DNA from: a virus | IMG/VR virus record: IMGVR_UViG_3300036766_000359 | Coordinates: 1 to 64,000 of that record | Strand: one strand, 5' to 3' | DNA length: 64,000 nt | Part shown: one piece after another, positions 38,254 to 47,308 of the stretch | Numbering within the stretch: the stretch's first letter is position 1 | Layout of the letters: each line of letters opens with the position of its first letter | Made by a program: the position numbers and the translations under genes | Notes under the pieces: generated by a model | Told to the model about the DNA's origin: nothing | Seen by the model: the letters and a program-made list of their open reading frames with translations, nothing else | The model's database searches: none

Positions 38254-39840
38254 CTAATGTTGAAATACGACAACCGACTGACCGGAGGTCTTCCCATATC
38301 GATATTCGGCCACTTTCTCAAATCCAGCAGTCATGAAGGCAGTCATGATGGTGGTTAATACCGGCATATTTCGACGATCCTGACCATGTAACGCCACGTG
38401 ACCACCGGATTTGACGACACGCAACGCACCGCGCACCAATGGCTGGACGATCTGTTCTGACCAGGAACGAACATCGGGGTGCCCTTTCACTCCGTAGTCT
38501 TCAGTCGCCATGAAGGGTGGACTCGTCATCAACAAATCGAAACGACGTTCGGTATTTTGTAAATATGTCGCGAAATCTTGATTCAGAAACTCCGAATCTA
38601 CCATACGGATTTTTGCGTAGTCATCCACCAAACGACGACATCCATCAATCGAATCCGGTTGAAGGTCGGTACCGCAAATTGACATTGCCCCGCCACACAG
38701 AGCTCCGAGCGTTCGACCACCCCACCCGAGAAATGGATCAATCACATCCCCACCAGAAGCATACTTCTTCACAAGAGCTGTGGCAGCGGATGGGAAGAAA
38801 TGAGACGGAGCCTTATTTAAAAAAGCCGCATTTCTGTAAAAGAGGCTCTTTGATATAAGTCTACCTGAACTGATAATATAAGCAGCAATCTTCAAGAGAA
38901 ATTTATCATCGGAATAAGCGTCAGAAAGTGAACGCTTCCCGGAAGCGTTAGAACTAAACCGATTAGTGAAAATGTTATCCAAAAGGCCAAGACCAATCGG
39001 TAACTGAGGGAGGGAATTATTGGAAGGTATGCACATTCCCAATTCACGTAAAACAGAGTCTAATTGTTCAGGCTCCGATCCAAGAGGCCATGAACGAATC
39101 TTCGTAGTTAACTCAGTCCATGTAGAACAACCATCAAACAAATGATGACGATCCCCATCTCCGAAATTTTGAGACAAAGATAAGGGCCTAAGGTTGTCTA
39201 AAGCCCAACACAGTCTGAATTCTTCGTCCTGAATAGAAGTAAACTGGAACATTGATTGAGGGATAATATGATCTACACTAAAACTTTTTGAGATTTCCCA
39301 ACTCATGCCTGGAGTGAACTGAGATTCAAGATGAAATTTGAGTTCTTCAAGAGAGTAATCGAGAGCTTTAAGAATAGAGGAGTTTTTACTACCTCCATTC
39401 AGTTTCAGCGCTTCCCAAACGCGTGATCTAATATTGCCACGCAATCGAAATGATGGATCTGCATAATATTTTCTTTTAAATTCAGCGCGCTTACTATCTC
39501 GTTCTATGACATAACGGTCTCGCCAAAGTTTATTTCTACGGGCTTTATTTTCCGGACGTTTCTTATACGCAATGGATTTGGCTATAATTTGAACTGAATT
39601 AGCAAGATATTTTTCACGACTTCTTTGTTTAACCAGAACTTTTCGATCGGGTTTAGAAGAATAAGCCTTGTTTTGTGCCTTGATAACTGCTTGAGTAGAT
39701 AAGTCGTGATATTGACGTTTCCTATTCTCTCGAGCGTCTTTACGTTCACATTCAATGCATTTAGGAGGGTAGTATTTACCCTTCATGAGTCGGAATTTTG
39801 AAAGGTCCGACTGTCCACATCCAGGACACGGTTTCTTCAT
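38254..39840 (-). CDS. Fusion of Zn ribbon/HNH-type nuclease and amino (N6A/N4C) DNA methyltransferase
   Basis: N-half CPGC..CIEC, LKFHLESQFTPGMSWE..VDHIIP..CWALDNLRPL; C-half IDPFLGWGGR (motif I) and TSPPF (motif IV). Likely start MKKPC at 39840. Confidence 0.8.
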   Translation of the reverse strand: MKKPCPGCGQSDLSKFRLMKGKYYPPKCIECERKDARENRKRQYHDLSTQAVIKAQNKAYSSKPDRKVLVKQRSREKYLANSVQIIAKSIAYKKRPENKARRNKLWRDRYVIERDSKRAEFKRKYYADPSFRLRGNIRSRVWEALKLNGGSKNSSILKALDYSLEELKFHLESQFTPGMSWEISKSFSVDHIIPQSMFQFTSIQDEEFRLCWALDNLRPLSLSQNFGDGDRHHLFDGCSTWTELTTKIRSWPLGSEPEQLDSVLRELGMCIPSNNSLPQLPIGLGLLDNIFTNRFSSNASGKRSLSDAYSDDKFLLKIAAYIISSGRLISKSLFYRNAAFLNKAPSHFFPSAATALVKKYASGGDVIDPFLGWGGRTLGALCGGAMSICGTDLQPDSIDGCRRLVDDYAKIRMVDSEFLNQDFATYLQNTERRFDLLMTSPPFMATEDYGVKGHPDVRSWSEQIVQPLVRGALRVVKSGGHVALHGQDRRNMPVLTTIMTAFMTAGFEKVAEYRYGKTSGQSVVVFQH

Positions 39841-39869
39841 GTCTGAAAATACATTCAAACAGTGAATAC

Positions 39870-39910
39870 TTTTCGACCCCGGCCACCACAAGGGCAACCA
39901 GGGTCGAAAA
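39870..39910 (-). terminator. Stem-loop immediately downstream of the major capsid gene
   Basis: TTTTCGACCC...GGGTCGAAAA 10-bp inverted repeat extended by G-U pairs; no U-tract after the stem. Confidence 0.5.
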
Positions 39911-39931
39911 GGAACGAAACGTTAGTTAAGT

Positions 39932-40819
39932 TCAACGCGACACGATGAGACGAACCAGGCCGCGTGGGTTGTACGCGCCGATACCGAGATTTTCGAACAT
40001 CGAGAATCCAATCGTACGTTCCTCGGGGTTGTCAGCCGACAATACAGTCAATTCCGTACGGACCGGAATACGACCGAAGTGCTCGGGCTCGCAGCAGCAG
40101 TAGACAACGCCCTTCGGGACGAGACGGCTAACGATGAACTGAGCATTCCAGCCCGTGCTCATCATGCCGGTCTTCCACAGCGTCGCCTGCGACTCGATGT
40201 CCAGCACGTCACGACCGAACTTGCGGATGTCCGCGTAGTCCGTCGCATTCATGTAGACGCGAGCAACTCGGAGGTCGTGCGCTTCAATCTCAGCAAACGC
40301 GTCCGCGAGGACGGCAGGCGAGATGGGAGCTACCACCGGGATGTCAGGGTTCGTTCCGCCCGGAAGCGAATCGAATCCGTTCACCGCGATTGCGTCCATG
40401 ATTGAGAAAACGCGATCGTCTTCTGCAGCCTGAACCTGCGCCTTACCAAGGTCCTGCATACGCTTCAGGAGGTCGTAACGACGCTCCTTAATCTGCGTCA
40501 GCGGGGCCTTTGGCAGAGCCGCGATCTCGAAGAGCGGGAAAATCACGCGACGCGGCTTTGAAACCGCCGTGATCGACTCGCCTTCTTCACCGATGACGTA
40601 CGCAACGACATCGGGGTCCTTATCATAAATCGGAATCGCGCCATCAGGCAGCTGCTCGACCAAGAAGGTCTTACGACCAACGGACGAGTAGTCCCTGCGT
40701 TCGCGAAGCGACTGGATCATCGATGAAGCAAGACGACGACGGCCTGCGCCGGAACCGAGATACTTATCAACGATCTGTTCCTTGATCGAATTATCAACAA
40801 CTTTAACTCCAAAGCTCAT
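39932..40819 (-). CDS. Major capsid protein (HK97 fold)
   Basis: 295 aa, last gene of the portal-protease-scaffold-decoration block; LVEQLPDGAIPIYDKD, RVYMNATDYADIRK, GAYNPRGLVRL are typical of HK97-type MCPs; strong codon bias; AAAGGA Shine-Dalgarno. Confidence 0.85.
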   Translation of the reverse strand: MSFGVKVVDNSIKEQIVDKYLGSGAGRRRLASSMIQSLRERRDYSSVGRKTFLVEQLPDGAIPIYDKDPDVVAYVIGEEGESITAVSKPRRVIFPLFEIAALPKAPLTQIKERRYDLLKRMQDLGKAQVQAAEDDRVFSIMDAIAVNGFDSLPGGTNPDIPVVAPISPAVLADAFAEIEAHDLRVARVYMNATDYADIRKFGRDVLDIESQATLWKTGMMSTGWNAQFIVSRLVPKGVVYCCCEPEHFGRIPVRTELTVLSADNPEERTIGFSMFENLGIGAYNPRGLVRLIVSR

Positions 40820-40842
40820 GACTTTATCCTTTCTGTTCCTGC

Positions 40843-41508
40843 TCAGAAACTGAGAGCAAGGAACATCTCCGCGCTTGTCGCGTCTGGGGTTGAAAGGATA
40901 GTGCCCATGCGGGTCACGTCCGGCTCGATAGCAACGCCAGCAGCGCCACTACCCAAAGCAAACAGATTGATCCACTGTGCTTCGTACGAATCCTGCCAGC
41001 GATTGGTCAGAAGACCATTTGCCGACGCGTACAACAGATCACCGTTCTCGTAAACGAGAGCTGTTCCGACTACGCCGCCACCAACGGTGGTCTGGACCTG
41101 TGTTTCGTAAAGCTTGACGCCCACCGAACCACCGCGTAGGAACGGACCCTTGCCTGAAGCCACGCCAGGCGTGTTTTCAAACGCGTTGCCCAGGGCGTCA
41201 TTGATGAAGAGTCCGAGGGGACGGGTCTTCTTCACGAACGCCGAGCTAACAAGCGCTGCGCCGCCAGCCGTGTTCGGCCCGACGTCCGGGCGAGTGAAAG
41301 CAACCGAACCACCGAGAACGCCCTTCTTGACGTTCACAGGGATTGTGGTGCTCTTTGCCGAGGGCGTCGTAACGACACTCGGGTTGCTCTGCGTAAATCC
41401 ATCGGAGGCCAAGCTCGGAATCGAGTCCTTAACCAGCGAGTATAGGATACGCAGGGCAGAAGTACTCAAGCGAAAATCGCCCGAGGCCTGACCATTGATA
41501 TTTCCCAT
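40843..41508 (-). CDS. Probable capsid decoration/cement protein
   Basis: Directly upstream of the MCP with the same codon bias; RPLGLFINDA..GDLLYASANGLLT beta-rich pattern. Confidence 0.6.
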   Translation of the reverse strand: MGNINGQASGDFRLSTSALRILYSLVKDSIPSLASDGFTQSNPSVVTTPSAKSTTIPVNVKKGVLGGSVAFTRPDVGPNTAGGAALVSSAFVKKTRPLGLFINDALGNAFENTPGVASGKGPFLRGGSVGVKLYETQVQTTVGGGVVGTALVYENGDLLYASANGLLTNRWQDSYEAQWINLFALGSGAAGVAIEPDVTRMGTILSTPDATSAEMFLALSF

Positions 41509-41716
41509 TTACTGTTCCTTCCGCCGTAAATCTAACGTCTAACGTATCATCCAGTCCGTTTTCAGTTGCAGCTTCAGTTCAGTTGCCTGCGAAGCTATCC
41601 AACTTCATCTTTCTTTCAGAGCGCCTTGTTTTAGTATTTACGAGATAGTGCCTGTATGCGTATATTTATATATATTGATTATTAGGTAAAACCCTTACGG
41701 TATCAAACCTAATGAA

Positions 41717-42967
41717 TCAGGGTCTTTCCCAAAGGTTTTCAAGAACCTGGTCAACGCTCGGCTTGGCCGCCTTCTGCACAGAACCAAGCTTCTTGGCTCC
41801 GTTCTTCGTCGAAGCGACGTGACCGGTGAAACCACTTTCACGGTTGCGGGCTTCAAGCTGAGAAGACTGAATTTCACGTTGTGCGTGAACTTCCGGGTCG
41901 TCAGCAAAAAGGTCGTCAAGATCAGACGAAAGAACCGGCACACCCGATTCGTCATCGTCGTCGTCACTGAACGAAATGTCAGAGCCAGTGCCAGGAGCAC
42001 CGCCAGGAGCAGCAGAGAAAAGAGCCGAAAGGTCATCGGCTGGTGCTGCTGCACCTGGTGCTGCTGGTGCTGCTGGTGCTGCTGCTGCACCGGGCGCACA
42101 TTGATCACCAAGCATGGATTGAAGCATCTGCATCTCTTCAGGAGAGAGGTCATGCGCCTCTTGTTCCTGTTGAGAAGTGATTTCTTCTGCTTCCTCTGCT
42201 TCCTCTGCTTCCTCTTCCTGTTCTTGAGAGGTCTTACCCTCCTGCTCTTCCTGCTCTTCCTGTTCTTGAGAGGTCTTACCCTCCTGCTCTTCCTGCTCCT
42301 CTTCCTGCTCTTCTTCCTGAGCGACACGGGAAGCGGCAACAGTCTGAACAATAGCCTTGAGTGTCGGGTCGTCAATCGACATCATGACCGAACCCAGTTT
42401 CTCAACGTTCTTTGCATTTGCGCCGTCACCAAGCAAACGGGCAGCAAGCTTTGTGCATGCAAGCGCACGCTTAAACTTTGACTGTTCCGAAAGAGCATTG
42501 GGAGAAACGGAGTCGAGACGCTTCAACATAGCGATGATCGACTTGTTCGGGAGTGCCATAAAATCAGTGGCCGCACCCTCAATCAGATTCGTGTTTGAGG
42601 TGCGAAGAGTCGCACGAGCCAAACGCTCACAAGCCATGGCCTTACGTTCAGCCGAAACCTTGGCGTTGTCGTACTTACCCTTACCACCCCATTGGTCCGA
42701 GTCCTTGTGCTTCCATGTGTCATCACGGAATTCACCGAACCCGACGTCATTCCGTTTGACGGCATCGCCGTCATACTCATCCTTAACGGACATCTTTTCC
42801 GCCGGGACAGGGGTCTCCGCCCAGGAATCCGGGTTACCACTCTCATACTCAGTAGGAGATGGTTGGGGATGGTCCTGATTCATTGTATAGACATCAGACT
42901 TACGCGAAGTCGCCGCCTGACGCGGGGTCTCGCTTTTATTACTTTGCCAGGTGGATCGAGCTCGCAT
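41717..42967 (-). CDS. Probable capsid scaffolding protein
   Basis: Between protease and capsid genes; helical with an E/Q-rich tract and APAAPG linker. Confidence 0.65.
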   Translation of the reverse strand: MRARSTWQSNKSETPRQAATSRKSDVYTMNQDHPQPSPTEYESGNPDSWAETPVPAEKMSVKDEYDGDAVKRNDVGFGEFRDDTWKHKDSDQWGGKGKYDNAKVSAERKAMACERLARATLRTSNTNLIEGAATDFMALPNKSIIAMLKRLDSVSPNALSEQSKFKRALACTKLAARLLGDGANAKNVEKLGSVMMSIDDPTLKAIVQTVAASRVAQEEEQEEEQEEQEGKTSQEQEEQEEQEGKTSQEQEEEAEEAEEAEEITSQQEQEAHDLSPEEMQMLQSMLGDQCAPGAAAAPAAPAAPGAAAPADDLSALFSAAPGGAPGTGSDISFSDDDDDESGVPVLSSDLDDLFADDPEVHAQREIQSSQLEARNRESGFTGHVASTKNGAKKLGSVQKAAKPSVDQVLENLWERP

Positions 42968-43008
42968 ATTATAAAATGCCTCCTGAAGAACAACGGTTAA
43001 TGAGAAAC

Positions 43009-45759
43009 CTAAAAATTCGAGGCGGAGGCTATCCGCCCTTTCCAGATGAGGAATTTTTCCTCACCAACCGAGAGATCCCGTCCAAGCTTCATTTTGCAAC
43101 TGGCAAGAAACGAGGTTTTACTCGGGAAATTAGATATCGACCCAGTCTTCATTGCAGTTTTATAAAGATTGGGAGAGTAACTGTGTCCCCGAACGCGATC
43201 TTCGATCCATGAAAGGACTATCAAATCTTTCGAGGTCATCTTGGATGCTCGAACTGCCTTCGAACCGCCTTCATGAACTATGCGATAGTGTTTTGAGGCC
43301 CACTTGTGAATGTTTGGAGACTTAGGAAATGTCTTTCTAACACGACGGTCAAATTCATTCGATGAACGAACTATGTTATCGTTTCCACGCTCCAGAGAAG
43401 GAGCGACAATAGAACCAACGTCTTCAGGTTTAGGCTCGAGCTTCTCGCCTAGTTTATCAACCAAAATTGACAAAAGTTGTTCTTGGACCTTATCAAGCAT
43501 CTCGTCAAGTTTATCAGGCTTAGGTTGACCAGAATCTTGACCACCACCCTGATCCGCGCCCTGATCCTGATCCGCGCCCTGATCCGCGCCCTGATCCTGA
43601 TCCTGACCACCGCCCTGATCCTGACCCTCGCCCTGATCAAATAAACTGTCAAGATCCTGATCATCTTGATCTTCGCCTTGAGCAATTCGCGAAGCAGCCT
43701 TCTTCATGCCCTTCGGGAGAGGCTTTTCCGAACGAAGACTGTAAATTTTACGAGCTTCGTCGATGTTGGAAGCAACCTGAGTGCTGTCAGGATTAAGAAT
43801 GTTTCGACGAACTGCACCACGGAAAGCAGGATTACGAACCCACGATGCTTCGATAAATTGATTTGAATTCGGAACTGATGCATGGCCGATAAGTTCGGCC
43901 ACAGGATGTTCAATACCCTGTTCGTCTGCAAATTTTGTCCCTTTGCCAAGATAAAGGACACACGGACAGAGTTGAGCATCGTCTGATGCTACGTTCCCGC
44001 ATCTTGTACAAACAGTGAAAAGGGATATGCAATTAGAAACCCCAACACCATTCGCCACATATGAATGATCTTGATCAACCTGAAGGTCATACACAAACCC
44101 TGCATAGTCAGATCGATCAATTTTCTTAACTTCAGAATAAATATATTTATCGGTAATCCACCGGTTATTACGCCCAGCTTTGGTGGACCGAATTCCGCCG
44201 ATAGCCGAACGAACCTTCAAGGACGGAACTCGAACAACATCTGAGTTCCGGAGCTTGATTTGGTAATCAATCCCAGCGGCCTCAGGCAGCATTTTCGTGC
44301 CACTGCGTTCTGCAACTGAGAAAGTGGGAATGATGCCACATCGAGCTGCAATCTGCATGTATTGATGCGCGAGCTTTAAATTCCTAGTGCTAAGAAAAAC
44401 ATTCTTAGTCCCGCGCTTACTGGTCGAAACACACCCGTCCGAGTCTATAAGACCGGAAAGGAATGCCATTTGGTGGTCTTTCGGCCACGACATCACCGAT
44501 TTCCCGATGAGCTTATCAGATAATGTCCTTCCAGAAGTATGACGATCCACGATCGCCCGGAAGGAACGAGAGGTATTCATGAGGTATGACGCCCCACGTC
44601 TATTAGACACGGAAGTGCTCTGAGGCCGAGGAGCGTTACCTCCCATGGCAACATGGAGCTCTCGGTTCACCCAAGCAACTTGGTCTAACGCTTGAATCGC
44701 TTCCCGAACGATTTCGGGGTGAGACTCATCTAGGCAAAATCCAACACCAACCGTGGAGTCATGGTTGTTCTCGAACTTCCATCCATCTCCGATCCAAAGA
44801 CCAAGCAGACGAGCCTCTGATAGAGTTACATCAGACTGGACTTCGTCCTGTGAAATGGGGAAAGCGAGGAAGTCACCTTCCCGAATGGTCCGGGCTTCTG
44901 CATAGTCAAATGGATAATCCTTCTCCACGACATGGAGTTTAGAATTCTTTCCTCCACGACCTCGGGTCTTTTCCACAGTCTCGCAACGAATTATGTAATA
45001 GTTGTGATTGTCTGTTGAGGTAATGGGTGGAAGACCGACTGATTTAATGGTCCGGACTTTCCATCTATTTTCACGAATTTGAAGATTTTCGACCCGACAG
45101 GAGTTTCCCTTCTGAGTCAGAACCTCCATATTTGGACGAACATCTTCAATACCGATCGGACTACCGTCGGAGAGATACACCTGCGTTCCAGGAAGATGGC
45201 AGCCCATGCTCATTGCCGAAATGTCACCAGCAACAATGTCTGTTACAAGTTGCTGATGTTTACGATCTGTAGCAACAAGAATATCGATATAAGCTGATTT
45301 CCCAAGGTCACGAGCTATTGCATCAACAATAAAGCCTTTCGACAAGGCAGGAAGTTGAATATGCTCGAGATAATTGTGGGCTCCGATGAATGTCCGGTAG
45401 GTAGAAAGAAGAAGTGAGCGTTCCCAGGCATCCGAATTGTTGTTGATTATGTCGTGACATTCCGGCTTAATACGGAAGTCAGGCCAACGGACGTCGATTT
45501 GAACGCCCTGAACCATATTACGACCAATTTTGGCGTTCTTCGGGGCGTAGGTGTCAACAGACGCTACAATCGTGGCGTGCGACAAGAGATACTGCTTCGG
45601 ATCACATTTCCGAAGAACAGTTTTAGCAACGCGGTGAACATGGTCTCGGGGGACAGCACCCTCGTTTTGACCACGAAGTGTCTCCATCCACTCGTCAAAC
45701 TCAACGCCAGGTCGAGATACAATAGCGTTTGCGGTGCGTCGAAATCCCATTGCGTACAC
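43009..45759 (-). CDS. Prohead (maturation) protease with intein; spliced product ~526 aa
   Basis: AHNYLEH (His) and AMSMG|C (Ser nucleophile motif), then CTRC..CPC and FIEASWV..PAF, typical of HK97/assemblin-fold proteases; position between portal and scaffold. Confidence 0.8.
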   Translation of the reverse strand: MYAMGFRRTANAIVSRPGVEFDEWMETLRGQNEGAVPRDHVHRVAKTVLRKCDPKQYLLSHATIVASVDTYAPKNAKIGRNMVQGVQIDVRWPDFRIKPECHDIINNNSDAWERSLLLSTYRTFIGAHNYLEHIQLPALSKGFIVDAIARDLGKSAYIDILVATDRKHQQLVTDIVAGDISAMSMGCHLPGTQVYLSDGSPIGIEDVRPNMEVLTQKGNSCRVENLQIRENRWKVRTIKSVGLPPITSTDNHNYYIIRCETVEKTRGRGGKNSKLHVVEKDYPFDYAEARTIREGDFLAFPISQDEVQSDVTLSEARLLGLWIGDGWKFENNHDSTVGVGFCLDESHPEIVREAIQALDQVAWVNRELHVAMGGNAPRPQSTSVSNRRGASYLMNTSRSFRAIVDRHTSGRTLSDKLIGKSVMSWPKDHQMAFLSGLIDSDGCVSTSKRGTKNVFLSTRNLKLAHQYMQIAARCGIIPTFSVAERSGTKMLPEAAGIDYQIKLRNSDVVRVPSLKVRSAIGGIRSTKAGRNNRWITDKYIYSEVKKIDRSDYAGFVYDLQVDQDHSYVANGVGVSNCISLFTVCTRCGNVASDDAQLCPCVLYLGKGTKFADEQGIEHPVAELIGHASVPNSNQFIEASWVRNPAFRGAVRRNILNPDSTQVASNIDEARKIYSLRSEKPLPKGMKKAASRIAQGEDQDDQDLDSLFDQGEGQDQGGGQDQDQGADQGADQDQGADQGGGQDSGQPKPDKLDEMLDKVQEQLLSILVDKLGEKLEPKPEDVGSIVAPSLERGNDNIVRSSNEFDRRVRKTFPKSPNIHKWASKHYRIVHEGGSKAVRASKMTSKDLIVLSWIEDRVRGHSYSPNLYKTAMKTGSISNFPSKTSFLASCKMKLGRDLSVGEEKFLIWKGRIASASNF
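44032..45201 (-). mobile_element. Intein (390 aa) with LAGLIDADG endonuclease in the prohead protease
   Basis: Begins CHLPGT, ends DLQVDQDHSYVANGVGVSN followed by Cys; LLGLWIGDG and FLSGLIDSDG. Confidence 0.9.
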
Positions 45760-45814
45760 AACGGTCTAAAATAACTCTAAGAGAAGTAGGTAAACTCGGT
45801 GTAAATTTGGAGGG

Positions 45815-46477
45815 TTGAAGAGTATATGGTATATGCCCAATATCACAGAGTTTGGCTTAGAAGCCAGCGTTATCAAGGTCAAAATTATGAGTGACCCAGT
45901 AGAAGACGCAATACGGAATATCCGGGTTTCAGTAAAGATTATTCTATCAAAGTCTAGGGTTACTCCCAAAAACCCGGCGTCTGGACTATGGCCGAGAATA
46001 ACTCTGGAAAGTGTAGGGAAATCTCGTACAATCTCGTTAATGAATTATGAACACCCACTATCCTCTTCAGTCAAGGTAATCCGCGCACCTTCGCGGACCG
46101 CACCTTCGCGGACCCAGATGACATATCAGGATTTTACTGATATCCTTACTAAGGAAATCCTGGTCTTAACCAGCGGAAGTTCTAAAACAAGTCTGCGTTA
46201 TGGACGCGGAAATGCACTTGCACAAATAGTTATCAAAATCCGGAGAGCCGTATCTGGAGCCGTATCACGAGCCACCCGGTCAAAGAGTTCGGTGGCTAAG
46301 AGACGTGCGGCGGCAGTTCGGAAAAACAGGAAAGAAGAGTTCCTAGAAAAATTCCGGAAATTCTGTGATGATCATGGTCAAAAAGTTGAGTATGAAGACC
46401 TACGACCGTCAGATCTAGGAAAAGTCTGGGATGATGTCAGGCGAATGCGTGTTGCAGAAAAGATCATGGAATCTTAG
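45815..46477 (+). CDS. Hypothetical basic protein on the opposite strand
   Basis: 220 aa, K/R-rich; fills the gap between two minus-strand genes. Confidence 0.55.
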   Translation: MKSIWYMPNITEFGLEASVIKVKIMSDPVEDAIRNIRVSVKIILSKSRVTPKNPASGLWPRITLESVGKSRTISLMNYEHPLSSSVKVIRAPSRTAPSRTQMTYQDFTDILTKEILVLTSGSSKTSLRYGRGNALAQIVIKIRRAVSGAVSRATRSKSSVAKRRAAAVRKNRKEEFLEKFRKFCDDHGQKVEYEDLRPSDLGKVWDDVRRMRVAEKIMES

Positions 46478-46479
46478 AG

Positions 46480-46501
46480 CTTTTATGGATTGGGTTTAGC
46501 C
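46480..46501 (+). promoter_or_regulatory. Conserved gene-junction motif CTTTTATGGATTGGGTTTAGCC
   Basis: Second copy of the motif at 10617-10638. Confidence 0.5.
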
Positions 46502-47251
46502 TTCCGGGAAACCTACTGAAGCGATAATCCGATTCAAATCTCTCGCCACAAGATCTCGGTCGGGATTCTTTGAAGAATCAATCTTCGAAGCAATACGACG
46601 AAGTTGACTTGCGAGTTGTGACGGCTTCATATGAAGCACACTGGCTAATTTGGCCTTGATTTCTGAAGGCGCTTTCTTATTACGGGCTAACTCCTTACGA
46701 ACTTCTGCACTATCATCATCTGCTAATTTAGCCAAGATCTCTGGAGGCGTACTCGGATTACGGGCTACACGAGAACGAACACCCTCATCATCATCATCTG
46801 CTAGTTTAGCCAAGATCTCTGGAGGCGTACTCTCCGTACGGGCGACTTCGTAACGAACGAGCTTTTCGTCATCATCTGCTAGTTTAGCCAAGATCTTCGG
46901 GGGCGTATTCGGATTACGGGCGACATCGCAACGAATTGTTAATTCATCATCATCTGCTAATTTAGCCAAGATCTCTGGAGATGTATCCGGATCCCGGGCT
47001 TGTAGCGTTTTCTCGTGGAGGGCGTCCGAATCATCGTCAAGTTTTTTATTGTTGTCGTACTCCTTCTTCTTATTTTTCATCCAGTCAATGGGACCGGCGG
47101 TATTACCATTGGATTGTCCCTGGTCTTCCGGATCCATGGCCAACAAAACTCGACGTATATCCTTAATGACAAGACCTCGATCAGGATTCCGTGATGAATC
47201 GATCGCAGCAGCGATGCGACGAAGTTGACCGGCGAGTTGTGATGGTTTCAT
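46496..47251 (-). CDS. LRV/HEAT-like repeat protein flanked by duplicated MKPSQLA..IDSS modules
   Basis: 26-aa repeats (..TPPEILAKLADDD..VR..VA); N- and C-terminal ~38-aa direct repeats. Confidence 0.85.
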   Translation of the reverse strand: MKPSQLAGQLRRIAAAIDSSRNPDRGLVIKDIRRVLLAMDPEDQGQSNGNTAGPIDWMKNKKKEYDNNKKLDDDSDALHEKTLQARDPDTSPEILAKLADDDELTIRCDVARNPNTPPKILAKLADDDEKLVRYEVARTESTPPEILAKLADDDDEGVRSRVARNPSTPPEILAKLADDDSAEVRKELARNKKAPSEIKAKLASVLHMKPSQLASQLRRIASKIDSSKNPDRDLVARDLNRIIASVGFPEG

Positions 47252-47308
47252 AGATGCCTTCCATTCTCTGTCGAGACTAGGAGCCCCAGTCTTGGTAGAA
47301 GCAGAGTG

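Noticed and set aside
41695-43979. Overlapping ORFs with Q/K/R or C/F/L repeats
   Set aside because: Frame and antisense shadows of the low-complexity linkers in the scaffold and protease genes.
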